Part shown: piece after piece, positions 30,580-39,343 of the stretch
Layout of the letters: every line of letters begins with the position of its first letter
Position numbering within the stretch: position 1 is the stretch's first letter
Origin: Candidatus Delongbacteria bacterium
GTDB lineage: Bacteria > CAIWAD01
Direction of reading: 5' to 3'
DNA: 64,000 nt
Assembly (NCBI GenBank): GCA_963663545.1
Contig: OY760505.1
Coordinates: 2,208,001-2,272,000 of the forward strand
Notes under the pieces: model-generated
The model's input: only the letters and a program-made list of their open reading frames with translations
Databases searched by the model: none
Told to the model about the DNA's origin: nothing
Position numbers and translations under genes: made by a program

Positions 30580-32277
30580 ATGAACAGAATTCTGCAAATG
30601 ACCCTGGGAATGCCGCTGCTGGCCACCACCGTCGCCTTCGGGCAGGCGGTGGTGAGCCTGCCGGCGACTGGCGGTCTGGCGAGCGATACCATTCTTGCTG
30701 ACATCACCGTCAGCGGCTTTACCAACGTGGTGGGTGTTGAGCTGCACATCGTATCAGACCCGGCTGTGGCCGTTCCTCTGATCGGTACAGTCAGCGACTA
30801 TCTCGCTGGTGCCACGGTTGGTCCGGCTGAGCCGACCAATCAGATCAACATCATCTGGGAGGATTTCTCCAATCCGCTGACCGTGACCGATGGCGCAGTG
30901 CTGTTGCAGGTGCCTTATGTGCTGGTCGGCGAGGTGGATGACTCCTGCACGCTAAGCTTCACAGGCTCCGTGCTTGTGGACGAGGCTGCCAATGAGATTC
31001 CTACCACCTGGAACGAAGGAAGCATTGCGATTACCCCTCCGATGCCCCCGGAAGCGTTTACGCTGTTGAGTCCGACCGACGAAGCCGTGCTGACGTCGAC
31101 CACGGTCGATTTCAGCTGGGAAGTGGCCGTCAACGACAACATGGACCCGCAGCTCTACGATCTCTACCTCTCCAGCGATGTGGACATGACCGATGTGACC
31201 CTTGAAATCAACGACATCGAGGGAACCAGCTATCAGGTCAGCGAGGATCTGGTTGACGGCGAGACCTACTACTGGACCGTGTTTGCGCAGGACGTGGACA
31301 CGGACGGCACCTGGGCTACCGACACTTGGCAGTTTACACTGGCCGTTCCCGATTGTCCCGTAGTAGACACGCCCATTCCCGATGTCAACGGGGAAGAGGA
31401 CACGCCGATTACGGTGACAGCACTGCTGGGCCATTTCTCCGATCCCGACGGCGACGACCTGAGTGTTGCTTCGGTGACCGACGACAGCGGCGAAGAATTC
31501 GGCTATGACTACAGCACCGCCAACCTGGTGGTTACTCCACCCGCCGACTGGAACGGCAGCACCACGGTGACCGTGACGGTGAGCGACGGAAGCTGCACGG
31601 TGAGTGACGAGTTCGAGCTGACACTGGCCGCCGTCAACGACGCGCCCGTGATCGAGCTGGTGACGGGTCCGCATTCCGCGTGTGGCGAGGTGGAAGTGAT
31701 TGGTTGGGGTGACGACGCTACCGAAGGCTTCTTTGTGGATGCCGACAACGGCAGCCTGTATTTCGTCATCGATGATGTGGACAACGCCACCGTGACGGTC
31801 AGCGTTTACGTCAATGACACCATGGTCGGCAGCGAGCCGGTTGGTGTGCCAGCGACAGATTACCTGCCTCACAATATTTTTAACCCGGAAGACTATCTGG
31901 ATCAGGACATCACCTTCTATGTCACCATCAGTGACGGTGAGTCCGTCTGGAATGCCGGTGGTGAGGAATGCTCGCACGCCCTCAACTTCCTGGCCGTTGA
32001 AGGTCTGCAGCCCACGGAATTCTACTTGGCTCAGAACCTGCCCAATCCCTTCAATCCCACCACGGTCATCGAGTTTGGTTTGCCGCAGGCTTCCGACGTG
32101 CGCCTGACGGTTTACAACCTGGCTGGTGAAGAGGTGGCCGTGCTGCTGAACCGCAATATGGCGGCCGGCGAGCACCACGTGACCTGGAATGCGAACCAGG
32201 CCGCTTCAGGGCTGTACGTCTACACCCTGCAGAGCGACTTCGGTACCCAGGTCCGCAAAATGACCCTGTTGCGTTGA
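30580..32277 (+). CDS. Secreted protein with N-terminal cohesin-like domain, one cadherin-like repeat and C-terminal sorting domain
   Basis: Signal peptide; DTILADITVSGFTNVVGVELHI...LTVTDGAVLL; EEDTP...FSDPDGD...VNDAP; AQNLPNPFNPTT. Confidence 0.8.
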   Translation: MNRILQMTLGMPLLATTVAFGQAVVSLPATGGLASDTILADITVSGFTNVVGVELHIVSDPAVAVPLIGTVSDYLAGATVGPAEPTNQINIIWEDFSNPLTVTDGAVLLQVPYVLVGEVDDSCTLSFTGSVLVDEAANEIPTTWNEGSIAITPPMPPEAFTLLSPTDEAVLTSTTVDFSWEVAVNDNMDPQLYDLYLSSDVDMTDVTLEINDIEGTSYQVSEDLVDGETYYWTVFAQDVDTDGTWATDTWQFTLAVPDCPVVDTPIPDVNGEEDTPITVTALLGHFSDPDGDDLSVASVTDDSGEEFGYDYSTANLVVTPPADWNGSTTVTVTVSDGSCTVSDEFELTLAAVNDAPVIELVTGPHSACGEVEVIGWGDDATEGFFVDADNGSLYFVIDDVDNATVTVSVYVNDTMVGSEPVGVPATDYLPHNIFNPEDYLDQDITFYVTISDGESVWNAGGEECSHALNFLAVEGLQPTEFYLAQNLPNPFNPTTVIEFGLPQASDVRLTVYNLAGEEVAVLLNRNMAAGEHHVTWNANQAASGLYVYTLQSDFGTQVRKMTLLR

Positions 32278-32300
32278 GCTACTCATCGCATCTTCCCTCT

Positions 32301-32339
32301 AACCCCGTTTGCCTCCCCGGCAAACGGGGTTCTTTCTTT
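32301..32339 (+). terminator. Intrinsic terminator of the adhesin operon
   Basis: AACCCCGTTTGCC-TCCCC-GGCAAACGGGGTT followed by CTTTCTTT. Confidence 0.85.
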
Positions 32340-32355
32340 GGTGAATGTGTGATAC

Positions 32356-32387
32356 AAAAACCCCGCAACGACGAACGCGCGGGGTTT
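32356..32387 (-). terminator. Intrinsic terminator downstream of mpl
   Basis: AAAAACCCCGC...GCGGGGTTT. Confidence 0.7.
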
Positions 32388-32415
32388 GAAAGACTTGCTG
32401 AATCGTCGCCGTCGA

Positions 32416-33855
32416 CTAGCCCAACTCTGCACAAAGCTTTTCGCGCAAGCCGTAGAAGGACCCGTTGGAGCAGATCAGCAACAGTGTCTCTGTGCCCTTG
32501 CGTGCGGACAAATCCATGCGCGCGCTGTCGAGCAGGGTGGCCAGGTCCTGGTGTTGTTCAAACGGCACGTTGTGAGAGGCCAGATAGAGGGCCGCGCTTT
32601 CCAGATCGAAGAGCACGTCGGCCGCATAGCGTTCGCGGCGATGCAATGGGCCCATCCAGACGCGATCCGCGCCCGCAAGAGCTTGCTCCCATTCCTTTTG
32701 CATCACACGTGTCACACTTGTGTTTGAGCGTGGCTCGAAGAAGAGCAGGATCTTGCGGTCCGGGTAGCGCCGGCGCAGGCTTTGTATCACACCGGTGATA
32801 GCCGTAGGGTGATGGGCAAAGTCGTCGTAGAGCAGAAAGCCATCTCGTAGCTCGTAGCGGTCCATGCGCCGAGCGGGACCGGCGAAATCGCGTACTGCCT
32901 TCAGGAAATTCTCCCGTGATACACCAAAACGGTCGGCGACAGCTAGTGCAGCCAATAGATTACGGCCGTTGTATTCGCCCTGCAATTTGCTGGTGATACA
33001 CAGCTCCTCCCTACCTGCTTCCGGTTCGGTAGGGTTTGTCGGAATCAAACAGCGATGCACGGCGTATGTATCACCGGGCTTTTCGTCGAGAAGCTGATAT
33101 GTGTTATTTGTGCCGGAACCAAACTGTATCACGGGGCAGAAGGCCTTTTCGCAGACAGCCAGCGCGTCGCCGCAATCGCCGTTGACCAGTACAAGGCCCT
33201 TTGCGGGTACCATGTTGACCAGACGACGAAAGGCCGTGCGAATCTCCTCAAGACTGCTGAAGATGTCAGCGTGGTCGAATTCCAGATGATTGAGCACCAG
33301 CACCTGTGGCCAGTAGTGGAAGAACTTACTGCGCTTGTCGTAGAAGACGGTGTCGTATTCGTCGCCTTCGATTACAAAGGGCGCACCTTCTACTGCTGCG
33401 CTGAGAGGCGTATTCAGTCCTGCGGTTTTGCCGCCCACAAACCAGCCGCAGGAGAGTCCTGCCTGCTGCAGCACCCAGGCGCTCAAGTTGCTGGTGGTCG
33501 TTTTGCCGTGCGTACCGGCGCAGACAACGGGAACGCGATCCTGCAGGAAGCGCTCGTGCAGCACCTCGGGCAGACTGGTCAGCCGCAGGCCGCTGTCCAG
33601 CGCGTACTCCAGCTCTGGATTGCCGCGTGGAATGGCGTTGCCCACAACAACTGTGCACTCCCCGGCTTCGGCGAAAGCAGCCAGTCCATTGGCGCTGAAG
33701 CCCTCCTGCCAGCAAATGCCGGCTTCGCGCAACAGGTCGGACATTGGCGGATACACGCCGCTGTCGGAACCGCCCACTTCGTCGCCCATACGTCCGAGCG
33801 CAATCGCCAGCGATCCGGTGGCCACACCACCCATGCCAAGAATCCAATAACGCAT
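32416..33855 (-). CDS. mpl: UDP-N-acetylmuramate:L-Ala-gamma-D-Glu-meso-DAP ligase (murein peptide ligase)
   Basis: GSDSGVYPPMS, GNAIPRGNPE, AGTHGKTTT, EGDEYDT.FYDKRSKF, LEFDHADIF, DDFAHHPTAI, FEPRSNT. Confidence 0.92.
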   Translation of the reverse strand: MRYWILGMGGVATGSLAIALGRMGDEVGGSDSGVYPPMSDLLREAGICWQEGFSANGLAAFAEAGECTVVVGNAIPRGNPELEYALDSGLRLTSLPEVLHERFLQDRVPVVCAGTHGKTTTSNLSAWVLQQAGLSCGWFVGGKTAGLNTPLSAAVEGAPFVIEGDEYDTVFYDKRSKFFHYWPQVLVLNHLEFDHADIFSSLEEIRTAFRRLVNMVPAKGLVLVNGDCGDALAVCEKAFCPVIQFGSGTNNTYQLLDEKPGDTYAVHRCLIPTNPTEPEAGREELCITSKLQGEYNGRNLLAALAVADRFGVSRENFLKAVRDFAGPARRMDRYELRDGFLLYDDFAHHPTAITGVIQSLRRRYPDRKILLFFEPRSNTSVTRVMQKEWEQALAGADRVWMGPLHRRERYAADVLFDLESAALYLASHNVPFEQHQDLATLLDSARMDLSARKGTETLLLICSNGSFYGLREKLCAELG

Positions 33856-34031
33856 TGCAATCCTCACAGGATAATCCGCAGTCAATACTGAATATAACCG
33901 ATCTCGAGGCCGATAATGTCTTGTATGGAACAATCGCGGCAGGATTTTCAAGCACGTGATACACTCAACTTGGAAGAGTCGCGCTTTTTCAACTCCTTGT
34001 AATAGGATCAAGCTAACTGGCGAGGTAGGCC

Positions 34032-34412
34032 GTGAGCGGCAAACGCAACATTCTGATCGTCGACGACAATCCTGACCAGTGTGAGATTCTTGCCGAGTTG
34101 GTGAGCGAAATCGGGCACAATGCCTATACCGCCACCGATGGTGAGATGGCGCTGCAGGTCTTCGACGAGCGCAGTATTGAACTGGTAATCACTGATATCA
34201 AGATGCCCAAGATGGACGGCATGGCGCTGCTCGAGAAGATTCGCGAGCGTGACTCCAGCGTTCGCATCATTGTGGTGACCGGATTCCCGTCGTCCGAGAC
34301 GATTCTGCGCACCATCGAGAACGATGGCTACACGTATCTGGTCAAGCCGGTTAAGCTGAAATCTATGGCTGCCCTGATCGAGAAGGCTTTTTCGGACGGC
34401 GAAGAAGACTGA
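34032..34412 (+). CDS. Single-domain response regulator
   Basis: ILIVDD, TDIKMPKMDG, YLVKP. Confidence 0.92.
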   Translation: MSGKRNILIVDDNPDQCEILAELVSEIGHNAYTATDGEMALQVFDERSIELVITDIKMPKMDGMALLEKIRERDSSVRIIVVTGFPSSETILRTIENDGYTYLVKPVKLKSMAALIEKAFSDGEED

Positions 34413-34423
34413 TCCCTGCAGGG

Positions 34424-35437
34424 TTGACGGCAGATCTCGGTACTCAGACTATCGGTAGACACGTGGACATTCCATTCGGAGAAATCCGTTCAGCAGTCGA
34501 GGAGCGCATCCAGACTCTGCTGAGCGGGTTTTCGCATCCTGCATCCTTGTACGAGCCCATCCGCTACGTGATGTCCGGCGGCGGCAAGCGCGTTCGTCCT
34601 TTGTTGGTGATTCTGGCGGCTCAAAGTCTGGAGGCTTCCATCGAGGAGGCTTTGAATCCGGCGGTGGCCGTTGAGATGCTGCACAACTTCACGCTGGTTC
34701 ACGATGACATCATGGATCGCGACGACACCCGCCGCGGGCGCCCCACTGTGCATGTGCGCTGGGACGATGGCACGGCCATTTTGGCCGGTGACGCGCTGCT
34801 GGGTGTGGCTTACGACGTGCTTTCGCGCTACGACGGTCCTCGTCTGGGCGAGATGGTGCGCACCTTCAATGCCGGCGTCATCGAGGTCTGTGAGGGCCAG
34901 GCGATGGACAAGGAGTTTGAAGGGCGCAACGATGTGCGCCTTGAGGAATACGACCGCATGATCGCCCTTAAAACCGGCAAGCTGATCAGTATGTCGGCGC
35001 GTATGGGTGCGCTGTTGGCCAACGGCAATGACGCGCAAGTAAAGGCGCTGGAGCGCTTTGGAGCCCTGTTGGGCCGCGCTTTCCAAATTCAGGATGACTT
35101 GCTGGACTTCACATCGACCACAAGTGAGCTGGGCAAACGCGTTGGCTCCGATCTGGCCATGCAAAAATCCACCTTTGTGACACTGACGGCGCGTGATACA
35201 TTCGCACCCGCTCTGCAGGAGCGCTGGCGCAAGCTCATGTTGACGGAAACTCCTGACGAGCATCTGTTGGCAGAAATGGGATCGGTGCTGCAGGAGGGCG
35301 GCGTACTGGCTGCGGGCGAATCCCAGGTGGAGGCGCTCACCAATCAAGCGCTTGCCGTTTTAGACGAGATCTTGACCGAAGAGCGGCGCGAGGATCTGCG
35401 ACGCTTCGCCTTTTGGATCCTGCATCGCAAGTACTAG
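34424..35437 (+). CDS. Polyprenyl diphosphate synthase (GGPP synthase-like)
   Basis: GGKRVRP, HNFTLVHDDIMD...RRG, GQAMD, FQIQDDLLD. Confidence 0.93.
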   Translation: MTADLGTQTIGRHVDIPFGEIRSAVEERIQTLLSGFSHPASLYEPIRYVMSGGGKRVRPLLVILAAQSLEASIEEALNPAVAVEMLHNFTLVHDDIMDRDDTRRGRPTVHVRWDDGTAILAGDALLGVAYDVLSRYDGPRLGEMVRTFNAGVIEVCEGQAMDKEFEGRNDVRLEEYDRMIALKTGKLISMSARMGALLANGNDAQVKALERFGALLGRAFQIQDDLLDFTSTTSELGKRVGSDLAMQKSTFVTLTARDTFAPALQERWRKLMLTETPDEHLLAEMGSVLQEGGVLAAGESQVEALTNQALAVLDEILTEERREDLRRFAFWILHRKY

Positions 35438-35491
35438 AAATCCGCACTCGAATCCAGGGTGCCCGCACATCGCCCAAACGAGCGAAGTACC

Positions 35492-36250
35492 ATGGACATG
35501 TCCGGACAGATCCTACACCTATTGATCGCCGCAACCGTGTGTGGTGTGGTTTTTCTAGGTAGTTGGCCCGTGGGCCAATTTCTGCTTGGAAGGCCCGCGC
35601 TAATCCTTCCGCTGATGGGGTGGCTTACGGGCGAGCCGCTTGTCGGGTTGTGGCTGGGGGTGTGCCTGGAACTGCTCTTCATGCGGCAGCTTCCCATGGG
35701 TAGCTCAATGGTCCCCGAACCTGCACTTGGCGGGCTGGTGTCACTGTTTGCCGTGCATCTGTTGCGGCTGGGGCACGACGGGCTGCTACCGGTGGATCCT
35801 TGGGAAATGGTGGCGACAAGCATTCTGTTGGCGCTACCACTGTCTTACCTGATGTCCGTTCCCACCATGCTGCAACGACATATCAACACCAATTTCTGGC
35901 ACGATCGCTTTGTATCACGGGCCGAAGCCGGTGATACGCGCGGGTTTTCAGCGTTGCTTCCCCTGGTGCTGTTGCAGACCTGGCTTCTAATTGCGCTGGC
36001 CTCTTTGATTGTGATTCCGCTGGCCATGCTCTGCTGGGCCGGTCTGGACAGGCTGCTCGATTACGCATATAAGTTGCGTGAGCGCGAATTGCTGATTCTG
36101 GTGCTTGCCGCTATTTCAGCTGGAGGCATGTTGCGTCTGGCTGGCGGCTTCCCTGGCACGAACAAATCGAAATCCTTCCTGTGGACGGGCTCCGGTGCCG
36201 TGGTCGGAGCCGTGATACTCGCACTGCTGTGGTGGAGGATAGGCGGATGA
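35492..36250 (+). CDS. PTS mannose/fructose/sorbose-family IIC-like subunit
   Basis: GQFLLGRP...GWLTGEP..GLWLG..LEL..M..LPMG...PE; adjacent to IID, HPr and EI. Confidence 0.7.
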   Translation: MDMSGQILHLLIAATVCGVVFLGSWPVGQFLLGRPALILPLMGWLTGEPLVGLWLGVCLELLFMRQLPMGSSMVPEPALGGLVSLFAVHLLRLGHDGLLPVDPWEMVATSILLALPLSYLMSVPTMLQRHINTNFWHDRFVSRAEAGDTRGFSALLPLVLLQTWLLIALASLIVIPLAMLCWAGLDRLLDYAYKLRERELLILVLAAISAGGMLRLAGGFPGTNKSKSFLWTGSGAVVGAVILALLWWRIGG

Positions 36251-37092
36251 CGCAAGACCTGAGCACCAAGCTTCGTGTGTCACCGCTGCTCAAATGGAAG
36301 CTGTGTTGGCGCACCATGTTCATTCAGGCGGTCTGGAATTACAGAGGCATGCAACACATCGGCCTCTTGTGGAGCATGCTGCCAGCGCTGGAAGACCTTG
36401 GCGAGCGCAAACGGGAAGCCATGGTGCGTGGTGTAGAGTTCTACAACGCTCATCCCTTCCTCTGCGGCTTCCTTACCGGTGCGGGCGTGCGGTTGGAACA
36501 CGAAGGTCGCGGCGAATTGCTTAGTCGTTTGAAACGGGCCGCCGTCGCACCCTTGGGAGCCACCGGCGACCGCCTCTTCTGGTTGCACCTGAAACCAGCG
36601 ACCGGCATGATTTGTGTCACGAGCCTGCTCCTGATTCTGCTCGGGTTCACTGTTGCCGGGTTGACCTCGTGCGGCATAGGCGTATTAGCGTGGAATCTGC
36701 CGCACTGCATTGTACGCTGTTACGCGTTGGATCGCGGCCTGCAGCAGGGCGGTGAGGTGCATCGATCCATTCGCAGCCTGCACGATAGCGTGTGGATCCA
36801 TCGCGCTCACGTGTATCACCAGTTCGTCACCGGCCTGTTTCTGGTGCTGTTTCCGGGCGTGCTCGTGATCTTGCTGCTCGCCGACCCCTATGGTACTCTT
36901 AGCGGAATTCCCTTGTACGCAGACATCGTCACGCTATTGCTCTTCTGTTTGACGGTGTTTTTTGTCAGCCTGAAGCTGACTGTATCACGAAAAGCATTTC
37001 CGCTGCTGTTATGGTTGTCTCTGATTGCGGTTCACGTTGTACCTGCCTGGATCGCCAGAGTATTCGTGCAATTAGAATTGTTGCTTAAGTAA
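36247..37092 (+). CDS. PTS mannose/fructose/sorbose-family IID subunit
   Basis: QAVWNYRGMQHIG, FYNAHP, PLGATGDRLFW. Confidence 0.85.
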   Translation: MTQDLSTKLRVSPLLKWKLCWRTMFIQAVWNYRGMQHIGLLWSMLPALEDLGERKREAMVRGVEFYNAHPFLCGFLTGAGVRLEHEGRGELLSRLKRAAVAPLGATGDRLFWLHLKPATGMICVTSLLLILLGFTVAGLTSCGIGVLAWNLPHCIVRCYALDRGLQQGGEVHRSIRSLHDSVWIHRAHVYHQFVTGLFLVLFPGVLVILLLADPYGTLSGIPLYADIVTLLLFCLTVFFVSLKLTVSRKAFPLLLWLSLIAVHVVPAWIARVFVQLELLLK

Positions 37093-37112
37093 GTGTAGAA
37101 AGGTGTACTGCA

Positions 37113-37379
37113 ATGCCCAGGAAAGCACTGACTGTCCAGAACCGAATCGGGATCCATGCCCGGCCGGCGCAGCACATCGTGAAAATTGCCTCCCGTTACA
37201 AGGCGGAGTTCTACATCGAGTACGAAGACCAGCGCATCAATGGCAAATCAATTATGGGCGTGTTGATGCTGGCCGCTGAGGGCGGTTCTACTGTAGTACT
37301 TGATGCAGAAGGATCAGACGCAGAAGAGTTGCTGAATGAGCTTGAGCAGCTTTTTGTGGACAAGTTCTACGAGGAGTGA
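37113..37379 (+). CDS. ptsH: Phosphocarrier protein HPr
   Basis: GIHARPA (His15) and NGKSIMG (Ser46). Confidence 0.95.
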   Translation: MPRKALTVQNRIGIHARPAQHIVKIASRYKAEFYIEYEDQRINGKSIMGVLMLAAEGGSTVVLDAEGSDAEELLNELEQLFVDKFYEE

Positions 37380-37382
37380 TCC

Positions 37383-39209
37383 ATGGCCGAACGCATGATT
37401 TCCGGCATTGGCGTGAGCCCCGGTATTGTCATCGGCGAGGTGCGTGTGCGCACCAGACAGCGTCTTGTAGTACGTCCGCGTCCGCTAAAGGAAGGTGGCG
37501 AAGGCGTTGAACTCCGCCGCTTTGACCGCGCTGTATCACGAACCGAGCGCGACATCACGCGAGTCGGCAAGCAGGTGAGACGTCGCCTGGGTGCCGCCAG
37601 TGCTGGCATCTTTGATGCACACTTGATGATCCTCAAGGACCCGATGCTTGTCGATCGCACTCGCCAGTTGATTCAGGAAGAGCGCATCAACGCAGACTTT
37701 GCTGTGCTAACAGCGATGAGCGAGATCCAACAGGCCTTTCGTCGAGTGAAGGACGAGTTGTTCCGCCAACGCTTGATTGATGTAGAGGACGTGGGGCGCC
37801 GCCTGATAGAGTACATCCAGTCGGACGCAGACCGAAAGCGCTCTGGCGATCGTATCACAGATGAACTGATGCTGGCTGCCGAAGATCTGAGTCCGTCGGA
37901 GGCTGCCGAATTGGAGGCCCTGCGTGTTACAGCCGTAATTACAGAGAAGGGCAGCCAGACAAGTCATACGGCCATTCTATGTCGCAGCCTTGGCGTTCCG
38001 GCTCTCGTGGGTGTCGAGGGCGTGTTTGAGCATCTCAAAGAAGGCGATTTGTGCATCGTTGATGGCAATGCTGGTGAGCTGATTATAGACCCCACGCCGC
38101 GAACGATTTTACGCTACACGCGCCGCCAGCGTACGCTGGAGCGCTTCAACGAACAGCTTGCCGAGTTGTACGATCAGGACACGGTGACACAAGATGGCCA
38201 TGCGGTAGAGCTATCCAGCAACATTGAGCTACCCCTCGAGCTGGATCACGTGATACGCAGCGGTGGCAAGGGTATTGGCCTGTTTCGCACGGAGTACTTA
38301 TACCTGGCTGCCAGCAGTATGCCGGACGAGGAAACCCAGTATCGCGAGTATCTGCGCGCAGCCAAGGCCGTCAAGCCTGAGCGGCTGATTATTCGCACCT
38401 TCGATCTCGGTGGTGATAAGCAACCGCCCTCCATGCGCTTCCCCCAGGAAGCCAATCCCTTCCTTGGCTGGCGCGCGGTGCGCGTGAGTCTGGACGATCC
38501 TGCGATGTTCCGCGTGCAGTTGCGCGCCATTTTGCGTGCGTCGGTGATGCCGAACATCCAGGTCATGTTTCCCATGATTTCCGGTGTAGCACAGTTGCGT
38601 CAAGTGCTGGAGGTGTTGGACGACGTTAAAACCGAGTTGCGCGAGCAGGGAGTGGCCTTTAACGAGGACCTGCGCCGTGGCATCATGATCGAGGTGCCCT
38701 CGGCGGTGTTTGTAGCACGCGAGCTGGCGGCCATGGTTGACTTCTTTAGCATCGGCACCAACGATTTGACGCAGTACACGATCGCCGTTGATCGCAACAA
38801 CGCAACGGTGGCTCATCTCTACCAGAGCACACATCCTGCCGTGATACGTTCTGTTGCCATGACGGTGCAGGCGGCGCACGAAGAGGGAATCTGGGTCGGC
38901 ATGTGCGGTGAAATGGCTGGTGATCCGGCTATGACAGCCATGCTGATCGGTCTTGGGCTGGACGAGCTTTCGGTCAGCCCGGTGATTCTGCCTGAGATCA
39001 AAATGTTGATTCGCCAATTGAACTTGACCGAAGCGCGCAAGCTGGCGAAGAAGGTGCTGGAAATGGGCGAAGTGGAGCAGATTCAGCGCGTGCTGGATCA
39101 GGACCTTCGACGTCGTGTTGGTAAGGATCCCCTCTGGAGACCAAAAGCCAGCAAGCAAAGCAGTCAGGGCAAGAGTTCGAAAGGCGCCAAACGCTCGCCG
39201 CGTTCCTGA
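37383..39209 (+). CDS. ptsI: PEP-protein phosphotransferase (PTS enzyme I)
   Basis: SHTAIL, GIGLFRTE, EANPFLGWR, SIGTNDLTQY, GMCGEMA. Confidence 0.95.
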   Translation: MAERMISGIGVSPGIVIGEVRVRTRQRLVVRPRPLKEGGEGVELRRFDRAVSRTERDITRVGKQVRRRLGAASAGIFDAHLMILKDPMLVDRTRQLIQEERINADFAVLTAMSEIQQAFRRVKDELFRQRLIDVEDVGRRLIEYIQSDADRKRSGDRITDELMLAAEDLSPSEAAELEALRVTAVITEKGSQTSHTAILCRSLGVPALVGVEGVFEHLKEGDLCIVDGNAGELIIDPTPRTILRYTRRQRTLERFNEQLAELYDQDTVTQDGHAVELSSNIELPLELDHVIRSGGKGIGLFRTEYLYLAASSMPDEETQYREYLRAAKAVKPERLIIRTFDLGGDKQPPSMRFPQEANPFLGWRAVRVSLDDPAMFRVQLRAILRASVMPNIQVMFPMISGVAQLRQVLEVLDDVKTELREQGVAFNEDLRRGIMIEVPSAVFVARELAAMVDFFSIGTNDLTQYTIAVDRNNATVAHLYQSTHPAVIRSVAMTVQAAHEEGIWVGMCGEMAGDPAMTAMLIGLGLDELSVSPVILPEIKMLIRQLNLTEARKLAKKVLEMGEVEQIQRVLDQDLRRRVGKDPLWRPKASKQSSQGKSSKGAKRSPRS

Positions 39210-39343
39210 GACCGTGAGCGAGTAAGCGCTTGTGTAACACTTGCTCGTAGTTACTGATCGAAATCCAGCTAGCGTAGCTTTCGCTAGCGCTTCTGGCGCG
39301 CAGATGTCTCATTCTGATTACCGATACCACTCCAGGAGGACTT

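Noticed and set aside
11520..32178. Long antisense ORFs (e.g. 11520-13049, 22922-24925, 30952-32178) and similar ones opposite secA and rocD
   Set aside because: Shadow frames of strongly codon-biased genes with no family motifs
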